Assembly: GCF_001194135.2 (NCBI RefSeq) | Contig: NC_068984.1 | Location: forward strand, 27,580,697 to 27,644,696 | Reading direction: 5' to 3' | DNA: 64,000 bases | Source: Octopus bimaculoides | Lineage: Eukaryota | Part shown: piece after piece, positions 24,900 to 37,570 of the stretch | Layout: the number at the start of each line of letters is the position of its first letter | Numbering within the stretch: the stretch's first letter is position 1 | Position numbers and translations under genes: made by a program | The notes under the pieces: generated by a model | The model's input: the letters and a program-made list of their open reading frames with translations, nothing else | The model's database searches: none | Told to the model about the DNA's origin: nothing

Positions 24900-27800
24900 A
24901 AAAATAGCATGTAATAAATTTGTTGGTGTATGAAGCTTTGGCAAATTGAAATTGATTAAAGGCACACTCGAAGCAGTTATAACTAAAATAAAGCTATGTA
25001 CATTTATATTTGACATGTTCATAAACATGAGAAGACCATCAATGTTGTAACTGTCTCAAAAGAAACATTTGCTTCATGGATAATGTGAGTGAAAACACAG
25101 AGTTACACCATGAATGACATTATCATTAAGCTTCATCAACTGCTTACATTGGGTTCATCATTCACAGCCCCCTAAATTTGTCCTTCCACAATGAAATACA
25201 AGAAGCAAAATTGTCAAGAGTATGTACAAGTAAGGTCAGGTCTTTTGACACTTCCAAATAATACTTTTATAAACAATGTTTTACTTTCACATAGCACAGC
25301 TTTTCGCATATGTATGCAAACATCTTTGGCTACTTTCCTTGTTTCAGTTAACTTGCCCACTTGTCTTTCAACTGTAGCCATTCTTCCATCCCAATAACTA
25401 ATCAGTCTTGGTTTAATCTTCATGTTGTGCCTATTATTTTTTTCATGTCTTTGGTAGGTTAGCTGTAAGTACTTTATTGAGTCTTCTTACCCAGACTGGC
25501 CATTTTAATAGTCTACATTTGACTGTTTAAAAAAAAAGCATTTAATGATTTAATCAGAAAAAGGATGATACTATTCAGTGCCTCTGTGTTTGGTACAAAG
25601 AAGGGAGGAAGTTACCCTCTGACTACAAACGTGATCCAAAGGCCTCTATTAAAGTGAACTCCATTAAAATCAACCAAGGGAAGTTAAGTATTCCGTAAAA
25701 TTAAATCTGATCTTTTGAATTATCTCATTGGTATTCAGAAGCAAAGTATAGTCTCATATCATTATTGTTATTTAACAATGCAGTTCCTAGATGTTATCAG
25801 GCTTTATACACATTAATATTTTGTTTCTGATCCATTTTTATTTTGATTAAACTGAGTTAATCATTGTATTGTTGTTATATATTTTAGCATAATCAGTCTT
25901 GCAAAATATTCTATGTCAGATGCTTCTAACTTCTGCTCCTGATTTTATAACTTTCTAATGCCTAATTTAACTTCTAAGCTGTATGTCTTACACATTTATT
26001 CTCAAATGTTAATAACAGAAAAAGTTTTCTTTCTATCTTGGTTGTAAAATATCTCTTTTAACATTTGGAAACTTTGTAGAATGTTGTCTTTATAATGCTT
26101 GTGCTTTAGTTCCTCTGAGTTCTTCTGCAGTCACCTTTCTAGATTTTACAAGATTTCCTTCCGTGTACTATTCATTCTTTTTCCATTCATTCTCTCTCAT
26201 CATGTTTCACTCTACACCAGCTCTGAGCATTACAGTTATTTCCTGGTCTTTCTGTCTTTCCCTTTCTGTCTCTTTCCCTCTCTCTCACTTTCTTTCCCTC
26301 TCTCTTAAATGTCATACTTAATCAATCCACATTTTCATTGTCATACAACTTGCAACTCTAACTTTGTTATCTAATATAAGTCTTTTATACTCTAGACACC
26401 TTAATCACTGTCTTGTCTTTTCATTAATAATATTCCATTACTTATTTACTCATCAAAATCTTGCCCTCCAGGATCCTCTTTATAATTTTTTCCTACCTCT
26501 CCAAAAGTGAATTGCTATAGTATCACACTACAGTATATGGCTTACAATAAATGTTTATAATGTTAGTTTTAACAAGTCTTAATTCTGATTTCAATTATTA
26601 TGATATATTATTTTCAGGTTTTTTGTTTCTTCATTTTGCAAACATCCAAGAATTATACAGTCTTCTTTATTTTTTGTAACTGTTAATTCCATTCTTTATG
26701 AGTACTTAAACTCCTTATGCTTTCACCATTTTTATACATATAAAGGAAATCAGTGCCATTTTGTCCCTTTCATCTGCTTCTAGCTACCTTGCACTGTCAT
26801 AGGCTACTTTGAGAAGGGTACAAGTTTTCTAGTTTACTATTTTAACATTACCCCTTTAACTGCAAAATTAGATTTCATTGTTATTCTAGTAATGCTGTTA
26901 AATACTTATCAAAAAAATTACAATTGGTATTTTCTGCAAGTCACGTTGCTTTGATAAACATGACGTGTTTCAACAAAAAATAGTTTCAAACATGACTTTC
27001 CTCAACAAAATATTGATTAGTATATAAATCTGTTTTCTGCCGTCAACGGTAATGAAATTTTGAGTGGATATATATCTGATTTCTGTAATAAAAAGAATAA
27101 CAAAGAGACTATGGCTCATTTGACAGTGGGGCAGAATATTATCCATGCATTTCTTCAAATAATATGTTGATTAGTACCAGAGTCTTTGTAAAGCAAAATA
27201 AAACTAAAGAATAATTTTACTTTGCAGAATTCCCTATATCACCGAGATTTCATACCTTGCTTAGTTTGCTTTTTATTATCCACAAACACAATCTTGTGTA
27301 CTTTTAGCATCTCATTTATTAAATCACACTCACTCTGGTACAATTATTTATTTGTAAACACATAATATGCATCTAGCCATGATGTATAGTATTATTCCAG
27401 AGGAGTGATATAGTATGTACATATTAGTTCATCACTATGATTAGAGGTACTCTTGAATTCACTCTTTTATTCTTTATTCTATTATATTTGATTGACTAGT
27501 GTTAATAGTTCTTCTACTTGTGCTTGTTTTGAATTTGCTGTCTGATATCTATAATATTCTGTCACATAATCTGTAAAGTCAAAACTATATATATTTTGTT
27601 TTTATATACTCTAGCAATTATTATTACAACACTTCTACCATCACTATAAGTGACTCAATCATTATTATTACAATTATTGTTGTATATTATATTTGGTTTT
27701 CCTACTTGGCAAGAATTCTCATCATCTACTACTCTTAAATAACATGTCACCATCAAGCAGTAATTAAAAATATCCTTTTATCTCTTTTGTTGAACAGAAT

Positions 27801-27965
27801 GCAAGGATATTTATTGTTACACCAATTTTCTTGGCTTCTCATTGTTATTAATGAAGATGATTCAACAAAAAAGAGTTTTATTATTTTTAGTGGATTTTCC
27901 AATAGAGTTTTGTCTTTTATCTCCTGCATCTTCTTTGTTATTCCTTCCTTTGCTATTGTTATCAT
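24900..27965 (-). pseudogene. possible decayed long reading frame (purine-rich minus strand)
   Basis: Protein-like E/K/N-rich segments between stops, e.g. EGITKKMQEIKDKTLLENPLK, FDFTDYVTEYYRYQTANSKQAQVEELLTLVNQI, QKNSEELKHKHYKDNILQSFQMLKEIFYNQD; family unknown. Confidence 0.25.
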
Positions 27966-28020
27966 CAGTTATTGTGATCGTTGACCTTGTTTTAAATTAG
28001 ATTATTACTATTACTATTAC

Positions 28021-28086
<66 letters not shown>

Positions 28087-28582
28087 GTGTCTATATCAAA
28101 TCACCCAAACAACAAGAGATTTGTTAATCTCAAATGTTTGTTTGTGAGACTAGAAACACTTTGAAATACTGAAAATTGTGTTAGTACAATTCATAGAAAA
28201 TATTTGATAGGAGTCATGTCAAGAATATCCGTGTTGCAACTCCTAAAACTAGATGGAAGAAGACAAATAGGACTAACAACTGAGTAAACTGTAATGCCTA
28301 CGATCTTATTTGCAATTTTGACAGTATTTTGCACTTGGTACCTTTGTTTTGATAGACCTGAATTTTAAAATTACATGACAAATGTGCAAATAATTAGACA
28401 ACGAAATAGTGTTTGAATTTTCTAAGAATTTAATACAAATCCAGGGACATCAATCATACTTTTACTTCGCGCAAATATCCAGAAACGTTCTGAGTTGTCC
28501 CATTCCATGCTCAGTCAAAGCATAATGCTAGGTTGATTCTAATATTTTTTCTTAATTTCTATGTTTAACCTTACTGTAGTCA

Positions 28583-28985
28583 TGAGGTGATATAAAAAAA
28601 AGTTCCTGGACTAGTTCTGTAGCGTACCAACAGATGGCAGCACACAGTTGTGTGTGCAATGAGAGCTAGCAGTGACCTTCATGAGGCAGTGTGCAGAGTG
28701 ACATTGCTGTGTTTACTTTGCAAGTTATGAAGTTTGTGTTTTTGCGATCATGTGTTTGTTATAGTTTGAGATTTTGTCATGGACAGAAAGTTGGAAGAAA
28801 AACCCAACGTAAAATTTTGCCTTAAATTTGAGAAATCTGTCAAAGAGACATTGAGCATACTTCAGCAAGCTTATGGCGACAAGGAAATGTGTCATATGCA
28901 ATGATTTGTGTGGCACAAGTGCTTCAAAAGTGGAAGAACGTTCCTGTAAGCTGATAAGCGATCTGGGAGACCTGCCACAAACATC
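28583..28985 (+). mobile_element. mariner transposon 5' fragment (TIR and HTH region)
   Basis: TIR-like tgaggtgatataaaaaaaagttcctggact; VKFCLKFEKSVKETLSILQQAYGD...FVWHKCFKSGR...DKRSGRPAT. Confidence 0.85.
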
Positions 28986-29135
28986 TCCACATTTTGTCCA
29001 TTACCTTTCTAATTTTTTTCTACCTGTTATAACCTTTCCTGTTGTTTAACTGTCTGTCTCTTATTCCCCTCATTGAATTTGTGCTATTTTACACACACAC
29101 ACACATACACGCGCGCGCACGCGCACGCGCGCACA

Positions 29136-29189
<54 letters not shown>

Positions 29190-29939
29190 ATGCAAACACA
29201 CTCATGTTGCAAAACTAACATACATGCTTCATCTTTAATATATCTATATATTATTTTATGTCTACATAAGTAAATATTTATAGAAAGCAATATATAAATG
29301 TGTAGATGCATCAAAAAACATACCCACAAACATATATATAAGTATATAGACAGGTAAATAATACTGATACATAGATGTTGCCAAAAGAAGTTCCAGTGGG
29401 AGAAAATGAGTAGCCAAGATCACATTAGTATGTGAAAATAGAAATTTGCCAAATGAGACATTAGAGCCATAGAAATAAGATCTACCAGAATTTAACAGGC
29501 GTATAATTTCTGAGTAACAAGTTTATACTTTTAGCAATAAATCGTTATTAATAGATGTTTCATTCTGAAATATTTTATGACAAAATAGAAATTTTGATAG
29601 CTATATTTTTGACACTAAATCTAACAAATTAATTAACTTAATATGTATATTAACTTAAAAGGTATGTCCAGTAAAGTCAGTCCTTTTTTTATGAGAGATT
29701 TCGTCATATGATTTGAATATATTTTATAAAGAATGCAAATCAAAGCATTCCTTGAACAGCAAGGTTTAGATTGACAACCAAACATATAAAAATGCATTTG
29801 ACAGGGGTTTAAGATTATAGTTAGAATTCAAACATAAAATGTTTCTAAGCTCCTTATCTTTTATCTTCTTATCGTTTTATGATAGCTTTCCAGATTCCAT
29901 GGTTATATAATATTCCCACATTCCACACCTGGATGTTGC

Positions 29940-30120
29940 GTATATATTCTCAACACCCCTACAGGCTCATTGCAGGATTACTAATTTTTTGCCACCTGAA
30001 TGGACTGGAACAACATGAAATAAAGTGTTTTGCTCAAGAGTGAAAGGCACCACTTGGTCCATAAATTGAAACCATGATCCAATAATCATAAGTGCAACAC
30101 CCAAACCATTAACCACACAC
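29940..30120 (-). mobile_element. SINE (family C-related) fragment
   Basis: actggaacaacatgaaataaagtgttttgctcaagag...aaccatgatcc is antisense to the heads at 31510 and 44280. Confidence 0.7.
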
Positions 30121-31509
30121 ACTTTCACAAAAACACACACACTCAGGCACACATGCAGATGCACACACACATGTACACACACATGCACATGCACACATGT
30201 ATACACACACACATGCACACACATGAACACTAACACACAGACAAACAGGCAGACATGCACACCCCACCACACAGACATGAATGTTAATTTTAGTTTCCTT
30301 GCTAGAATGGTGATTTTTCTAATCTAATATAGATATTCAATTTGACTAATGAATTTAGTATTCAAATGTCTTATGAATCTTCTTCTTTTTTTACAGTTTT
30401 GTAATTCCATCTCGTTAGCATAGGTTGTTATTGCATCTGTAGGTGTAGTTATCTTTGTTATTATTGTTATTGCAGCTGTTGTTGTAGTTCACTGCTAAGT
30501 TGACTCTGATGGAGGAAGACTTATGACTAAAAGATTCCTGCTCTAAGCATTCCAACGTTTTTTCACACAGGGCAACATTATCGAATATTTTCTTAATGGT
30601 AGTATGTAATTTGAGAGAGACTGTTATTTCTTGTAGTTCCCTAGTTTGCATAAATTACATGGTTCTGTGGATTTAGGTATTTGCATCAAATATGTGTTTA
30701 CAGTGTTTATTTTACTTCTCCATGAACATAATTACGATAGTTATTGATTTCTTATGTAGATACAAAAGAAGAGAAATAAGTAAGTATGGTGTTCATACTT
30801 TTACTAGAAGATTAATTATAGATGTGAAGCAATATAGCTTCCTAAAGGGAGAACAAACATATTACTGACTCAGCTCATGGTAAGTTAAAGTCTTTACTCT
30901 GCTTCTACATATTAAACAAGATTGTTTATATTATTAGAATCCACACAACCCAGTAGATCAAGAATAGAACAACAAGCAATGAAACAAGTGGACTGTATCA
31001 TATGTCATTCTAACAGTACTTTGAGAGCAAAGACAATTATCTCTAAGTAGAAAATATCACTTACATCGAATTCACTACAACAGTATAAGCTGTTGATGCA
31101 CTATGAAATTGCGAAATATCAAAAAAAATTTGTTATTTCCTCATCTGTAGAAATGGCAATGCCCATGGCTTCATTGACCCATCAAGATCAGTGAGTTATA
31201 TACGGTTAATTTTCTTTTTAAATATTTTTCAGTAATGAATGCAACTTACCATATAGAGTTTAGAAGAATATGTGTTGAGCATTGAGCTAACAATACTCAC
31301 CTATAAAAAGTACAATGCTCAAGGATAGATGATACAAATTCTGCTCAGACAGTAGTATTCAAATGAAATAACAATTATGACTTACTATATAAATTATGTT
31401 TAGTTAGAGAAAAAGAACAATAAAGTCTATAGAAATTTAGAATAAATTTGATAATTTGAATAGTACTCTCATTGTGAATATGGTTTCAAAACATAATTCT
31501 GAACTATAT

Positions 31510-31680
31510 ATAGTGGTTAGGCTGTTGCACTCACAATCGCTAAATGTGAGTTTGATTCTCTGACTGGGTGGTACATTGTGTTCTTGAGCAAAACACTTCA
31601 TTTCATATTTCTCCAGCCCCCCCCCCTTTGATCAGGGTGAATGTTTGCCTGCTCACCTAACCAGCAGGGTAGCATCAAAT
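31510..31680 (+). mobile_element. SINE (family C-related) 5' part
   Basis: tagtggttaggctgttgcactcacaatcg..gagtttgattc..ttgtgttcttgagcaaaacact. Confidence 0.75.
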
Positions 31681-31751
31681 ATATGTGTATATATGTATAC
31701 CTAGATATACATACATACATACATACATATATATANNNNNNNNNNNNNNNN

Positions 31752-32003
31752 AGTTGAATTAGATACTTAAGTTGAGGCTCCAAGTCTGTCTAGTATTGTC
31801 CACACAGATCGAAGTTAGGTGAATAAAAAGCAAATAAATAACAAGGATGTCCAGGTATTAGTGCATTACAGCCGTTTCAAGTGGCTCCATTTGGGTAAAG
31901 CTTTTTTTTTATATCTGGTACATATCTTATGGCATTCGCAATGTAAAATTTTTGTTTTTGTTTGTTTGTTTCTTTATATATATACATAAAAATATCATAC
32001 ACA

Positions 32004-32069
<66 letters not shown>

Positions 32070-33303
32070 CATATAAGAAGTAAATAGTGTAATTATAAAA
32101 TATAGTGTAATCATAAAATATAAAAATAATTATAAAAATATAAATATGAATATAAATAAATAAATATAATACCATATTGTATTATGTTATATCATGGTTA
32201 CAACAGAGAGTAGTTACAAACTCCTTCATAATCTATAGAAATTACTCTGGTATATATGAGGGTATATAGATATACAAAATACAATAACATAATATAAAAA
32301 AAAGAATAAATGAAATTAATATAGAGCAGGATAAAAGGAAAAATATTTGTATAAAATTTCAATAAAGGATCTATAAAATGAAAAATGAAAGAAAGAAACA
32401 AAAACAAATAAAATATGTACCAGATATAAAAAGAGATAAAAGATAAAAGAAACAAGGATAAGTCAAGGTATTCATTATAAAAGCTAATTAAAAAAATAAT
32501 TAAAAAATAAATAAAATATGATAAAGATACCATTGGAAATGGTTTTATAAGATAATTCTAAGATATTGTTACAGGCACAGATGTGTGTAGAATCATGACT
32601 GTTCTTGGTGGGTATTTACTATACTTAAGGGAGGTGTAGTACCTGGTAGTCCATTGTAAATATATTTATTATAACTGATAGGGAAGAAAATCTTAAAACC
32701 GAAGGGTAAGTAATGTAATCTAAATATAGGAGGGATGCAGATTAAACAGGTAGGGGTTATAAGAGGGCAATATTACATAAAATTCCATACAAAAGAGAGT
32801 ATTATATGAAAGATATGACACTCCAGATAATTTCTGTCACCAAATTATAGTTTAATAAGTAAAATATTATTTGTTTCCAAAATATTTGAAGGTATGGGTG
32901 ATTCTATGCACACAAGATACCCTAAGGTCTAATCTGTTATTAATTAGGTTACTTTTATCCATATACTTTAAAATTTTGTAAATTTCCATATAATATAGTT
33001 CGCATCCATATCGGCTATCTTTGTATAGCTGAGCTCCCTGTACTATTTCCCATTTGAGGCTAAATTTACTATTGCTATCCTTAAGGTCTCAGATTTTATT
33101 AGATAATAATGTACTGTTAATTTTATGTCTAAGTCTGAAAGATGAAAGATGGTTATTAAGGAGCTTCTTCAAATCAATTGAGCATCCGATGTAAATATAG
33201 TTACTAATTTCAGTCATCACTGTACATTTGTAAACAACATTTTGGGTTAAACAATGACCTAATAACGTGCACTGGGATCCTGCCCTACAAGTGCAGCTGG
33301 GGA

Positions 33304-33364
<61 letters not shown>

Positions 33365-33950
33365 TTATTATTAGTAATATTACTTCTATTATTTAGAGTA
33401 CCACTCAAGACCATTGTAGTATTATCATGTGTTGTGTCAGTAATGTTTGAGTTATTATATCTAGCAGTATCATTGTTTATATCGGATTCTTACATGTCCA
33501 CTTTTATTATCAACATCACAGGGGTTTAAAGCACTATTGACAATGTCATTATTACTAATCCCCCAGGCTAATTTTATATTTCTTCTATTAAATTGGCTTA
33601 TAATAGTACCTATATTAGGAAGGGTGGGATATGAGATTCTGATTGTCTTACGGGAGAAGATTTTATTGTACCTATGAGAAGCTGGGAATTTGTTTTCTAA
33701 AATCACCATAAATTTATTATATATCTTAGCAGATATAGCACAGCTAAAAGGAATATTATACCAGACTACATTATTATTTCTAGAAATCTTATGTTTATTA
33801 AAGTGGGTCTTATCAATTCTTCTAACACCTCTTGAACTCTCTGTTTGGTTATTAAATGTTTGCATTGGTCGATTAAATGGAGCCACTTCAAACAGCTATA
33901 ATGCACTAATACCTGGACATCCTTGTTATTTATTTGCTTTATATATATAT
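31752..33950 (-). mobile_element. Penelope-like element 3' half (linker, GIY-YIG, 3' region) bounded by 66-bp inverted repeats
   Basis: VVWYNIPFSCAIS...RYNKIFSRKTIRISY (33470-33886); CTCRAGSQCTLLGHCLTQNVVYKCTV...YIYIGCS...KWEIV (33295-32867); inverted repeat 31827-31892 / 33875-33940. Confidence 0.85.
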
Positions 33951-34276
33951 CTTTTATCTTTCATTTTTTACTTGATTCATTCATTAGACTGTGGATGATT
34001 CGATCCCAGTACTTGTTATATTTTGTAAAGCCTGGTGTTTATTCTATCGGTCCCTTTTTTCCAAACTGCCAAGTTACAGGGACATAAACACCCCAACACC
34101 AGTTGTCAAGTGGTGCTGGGCAACAAGCACATACACAAAGACACACACACACAAACAACACAAAAACACACAAACACACACACATAAGAAATTAACTGTG
34201 TAAAAGTCAATATGAAGATTACTCTACCCAATGAGAGTTCAATATTACTAAACGTTTCCCCTACATGCACTTACCG

Positions 34277-34318
34277 TACTACTAATAGTTTCTCATACAG
34301 GTGTGCATTCATCAGGCA
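34277..34318 (-). ncRNA. minimal type-I hammerhead ribozyme-like motif (antisense partner)
   Basis: UGC-CUGAUGA-[AUGCA cacc UGUAU]GA-GAAA-CUA.U.UAG-UA^-GUA. Confidence 0.4.
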
Positions 34319-34358
34319 CCTGATGAATGTACACGTATACAGGAAACTATTAGTAGTG
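34317..34358 (+). ncRNA. minimal type-I hammerhead ribozyme-like motif
   Basis: CAC-CUGAUGA-A[UGUA..UACA]G-GAAA-CUA.U.UAG-UA^-GUG; all core nucleotides present, stem II closed by A.G. Confidence 0.5.
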
Positions 34359-34454
34359 ATAAGTACATGTAATGGAAATGTTTAGTCATATATATAAACA
34401 TATATGGAGAGAGAGAGAGAGACAGACAGACAGATAGATAAATAGATAGATATG

Positions 34455-34580
34455 TAAATCCAGTCACAATGCTCTGGTTAGCTTGGGGTTCTAGAAGACA
34501 CTTGGATGAGGTGTCACACAGTGAAACTGAACCTCAAACCACATGGTTAAGAAGCAAGCTTCTTAACCAAGCAGCCATTT
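34455..34580 (-). mobile_element. SINE family B head fragment
   Basis: aagacacttggatgaggtgtcacac...accacatggttaagaagcaagcttcttaacc. Confidence 0.75.
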
Positions 34581-34612
34581 ATGCTTATAACCATACTTGT
34601 GCCTTCACTACA

Positions 34613-34648
<36 letters not shown>

Positions 34649-34698
34649 TTAATATTTCTAATTTTGGGACTGCCATGTTGGCTTGGCGATAACTATTA

Positions 34699-34729
<31 letters not shown>

Positions 34730-36089
34730 TGTGTGTGTTTACACACGTATTATGGTCTAAAAGTGCATTATGTTGTAGCTACAAATGCACTTCACAATTT
34801 TAGGCATAAAGAGAAAAAGAGAATATTGATTTCTTACATATCTTACATACTAATCTTCTCCGAATTGATGATAATTATATAAAACTATAAAAAATGTATA
34901 TTATTATCTAAAACATTTTGAAGATTGATGCACCTCTAATAGGATATTACTAATCATAGACTAAACTAAATTAGTGTTCTTTAAGAAAATTAATGATTCT
35001 GTAGCTTATTCAAAAATATATGTAAATACAAAAACACTAACTTCATCCAAGAATACGAGATATCTTGAATTAAACATCGTCATGCATTCTCTGGCACTGA
35101 GAGCAGACAATAATTCTATTGCTAATTGGAGCTAATCATAGGCTATGAAAGCAAAAGTTTCTTTAATATGTATGGAAATATATATTCCACAATCTTTGAC
35201 TCCAAACTGAAGCAGTTAAATTTAAGACATTCTTAATAATTAAGAAATTCGTGAAATTTAATTTACAAATTAATTTCTCAAGAAATTATTACATCATTTA
35301 AATTTATTATTAATACTTAAAAAATAAAAAAAGTAGCATAAATATAAAAGTTTAAAAAGTATAAGAGAAATATAATAGTTCTTGGCTTGTACCATTACAA
35401 TATTATACGATCTGCTAAAAATAGTAGCTAAATCTCTCTCAAATCACACACTAATGTCTTTCACCTAATCCCACACGCTAGCCTCAGAGACTCTACAAAA
35501 ATCATGAGTTTTGCCATTCCTCCTCTGTCTGTGACATGAGAAAATGAAAAACATGAAAAAATATAATACCACTACCATGTATTTATGTACACCTATATAT
35601 ATATTTTTTTCAGAATAAAGAACACATGATGTTATATGTATGTTTATGTAGGTAAGTGTATGCATATATATGTGTTTTATATGTAATTTCCTTGAAACAT
35701 TCATGTCTCTGCATAGAAATAGAAAAGTAATGAAAACTAATTAACAATTAACAATGTAAAGCAAAATAAATCAAATAAATTCAGTATTTCATCTTAAGCA
35801 GTTGTTGAAATTTAAAAAATATACTTGAATCAGGCTTTAAACTATAATTGGCACCAAAACTATTAAAACGTGCTGCAACACACTCTAGTAAGTATGTACA
35901 GCTGCAATATTTAAATTATGTAATATATTCTTGTCTGTCAAGAAACTCATGCTAGTTTTACATTTGTTTTCAGATTCCAAATAAGTATTGCTTCTTTAAT
36001 ATATATTCTAATGATATTACCTTCAACATGAATAGAAGCTTGGTTGAGATTTATTTTAACATATTCTTCCAATGACATTCTAATATCTG

Positions 36090-36690
36090 GAAAGAGTCCT
36101 AGACTCAAGTCTCTGAGACATACAAGAGGGGTATTAGAGCAATTGCTCTGTATACACTAATCTCGGTCCCTTGGATGTGGTTGATACTTTAGTCTACCTT
36201 GACAGCACTCTCTTTTTACAGAAGAAGGTAATCTCTTCAATTAGTAAATGCTGTTATGAGGTCTCACAGGACTATCAAGGCCAGCTGTGAAATTAGACAA
36301 AGAATGCTTACTACAGATGTTACAAACATATTCAAGCTGAAAAGTGTCTGGAATTGAGGTTAAGTCTTGTTTATGAAGTGCTTCTTTCAAGATGGAATAT
36401 TTGATTTTCCTTGTTAAAATTGTTTTATAACAATTGTAGATCGCATCTTTCTAAACTGGTTGTCTGTCATCTACTTTAAATCTTCAACATTCACACTGAG
36501 AGCCTTTTGGTTGTTTTTGATGACATCCTGAAAATGCTCAGACATTTACCACATTGCAGTTTTCCGTAAAACAACCGTTTTGGTAACCTGTCTTCCTTCA
36601 TCCTATTAAAATACCCAGCCCTTAATGAGGTGCTGATGAAAGGATAATAACCTTTGGAATATGCATATACACCCATTACCTATTTTTTCT
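36090..36690 (-). mobile_element. RTE/BovB-like LINE fragment, heavily decayed
   Basis: RMKEDRLPKRLFYGKLQCGK in ORF 36491-36676 matches the RTE C-terminal 'RLPKRLFYGEL' motif. Confidence 0.75.
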
Positions 36691-36919
36691 ATCTCCGATT
36701 GCATTGATAAAAAGATGTATTTGGTTACAAAACATCATAACTTCTGTACCGGGTCTGAATTCTATTGAAAATTTATAGAGATAAACTTGAAAAGTGATGT
36801 ATAATACAATATATACCTGTATATATATAATTTAACACACTCACCGGTAAGATTTCCACTTTTAAAAAAAAAATTTTCTCAAACTTCGTTACATCTTGCA
36901 ACCTTTTCAATAGTCGTTG

Positions 36920-37075
36920 ACTCTGTCCGTTACTCACACTGCGTTCCTTTTTGTTTGTTTGTATACATGTGTGTGGATCAGTCTCTGTGTGTGTGTGTAT
37001 GTGTGTGTGCCTATACATGCCTGCATGAATAGGCAAACAAACAAAAAGGAACGCAGTGTGAGTAATGGACAGAGT
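36920..37075. mobile_element. MITE-like fold-back, 42-bp terminal inverted repeats around a (TG)n core
   Basis: 36920-36961 is the reverse complement of 37034-37075 at 41/42 positions. Confidence 0.8.
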
Positions 37076-37570
37076 GGCTGATAGGTGTGATATTCTGATG
37101 ACTATGTTCCTAACTATTCCTTTGGTTATGGATGATGGATGATTGGACTTTACATTTATATGTCTAAGACATGCATTCGGTTTCTGGTATGGTTCGTACA
37201 TCCTTGATTCTGAGTTAAAAGTCACATCTAGGAACTTTACCTTATTGTAATTACTGTCTGTGATTATAGATAGGCTGAAATTTTAAAATAATTTATGCAG
37301 TTTTTTCATTATCTTTCTATTTCTACTTTAGTACAATTATCTATTACAAAAAGGGTATTGTCTCTGTATAGATACCCCCACCCTATTTGTGGGAATGAAG
37401 ATTTGATATGGAATAAGATGTAAATTCCTATGATATCTGTGACCTGGGCTGAATCACTCGAACCCATTGGTATATCGATAGAATTTGATCTCATCCATAG
37501 TTAGTTGTAATTAATAATGGTTTCTTGTGCTGTTAATATTATGTCTACATCTGACTTGGATAAGCTAGAA
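37076..37570 (-). mobile_element. Penelope-like RT fragment
   Basis: IDIPMGSSDSAQVTDIIGIYIL...YLYRDNTL; YEPYQKPNACLRHINVKSNHPSSITKGIVRNIVIRISHLSA. Confidence 0.85.

Larger units (their letters stand above)
34247..34386. repeat. about 70-bp-arm inverted repeat containing two hammerhead-like cores
   Basis: Arms align by eye with scattered transitions and small indels; apex tcatcagg-ca-cctgatga. Confidence 0.9.

Noticed and set aside
29105-29135. (CG)n/(CA)n alternating tract with Z-DNA potential
   Set aside because: Short and embedded in an ordinary (CA)n microsatellite.
31134-31190. tttcctcatctgtagaaatgg resembling the CORE-SINE motif, also a 40-nt candidate exon ending |gtgagt
   Set aside because: Only about 20 nt of similarity with no SINE head or tail, and the exon reading is equally unsupported.
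32198-32533. 111-aa hydrophobic F/I/L/Y-rich ORF resembling a membrane or mitochondrial protein
   Set aside because: Compositional artefact of an extremely T-rich strand in the Penelope 3' region; no motif recognised.
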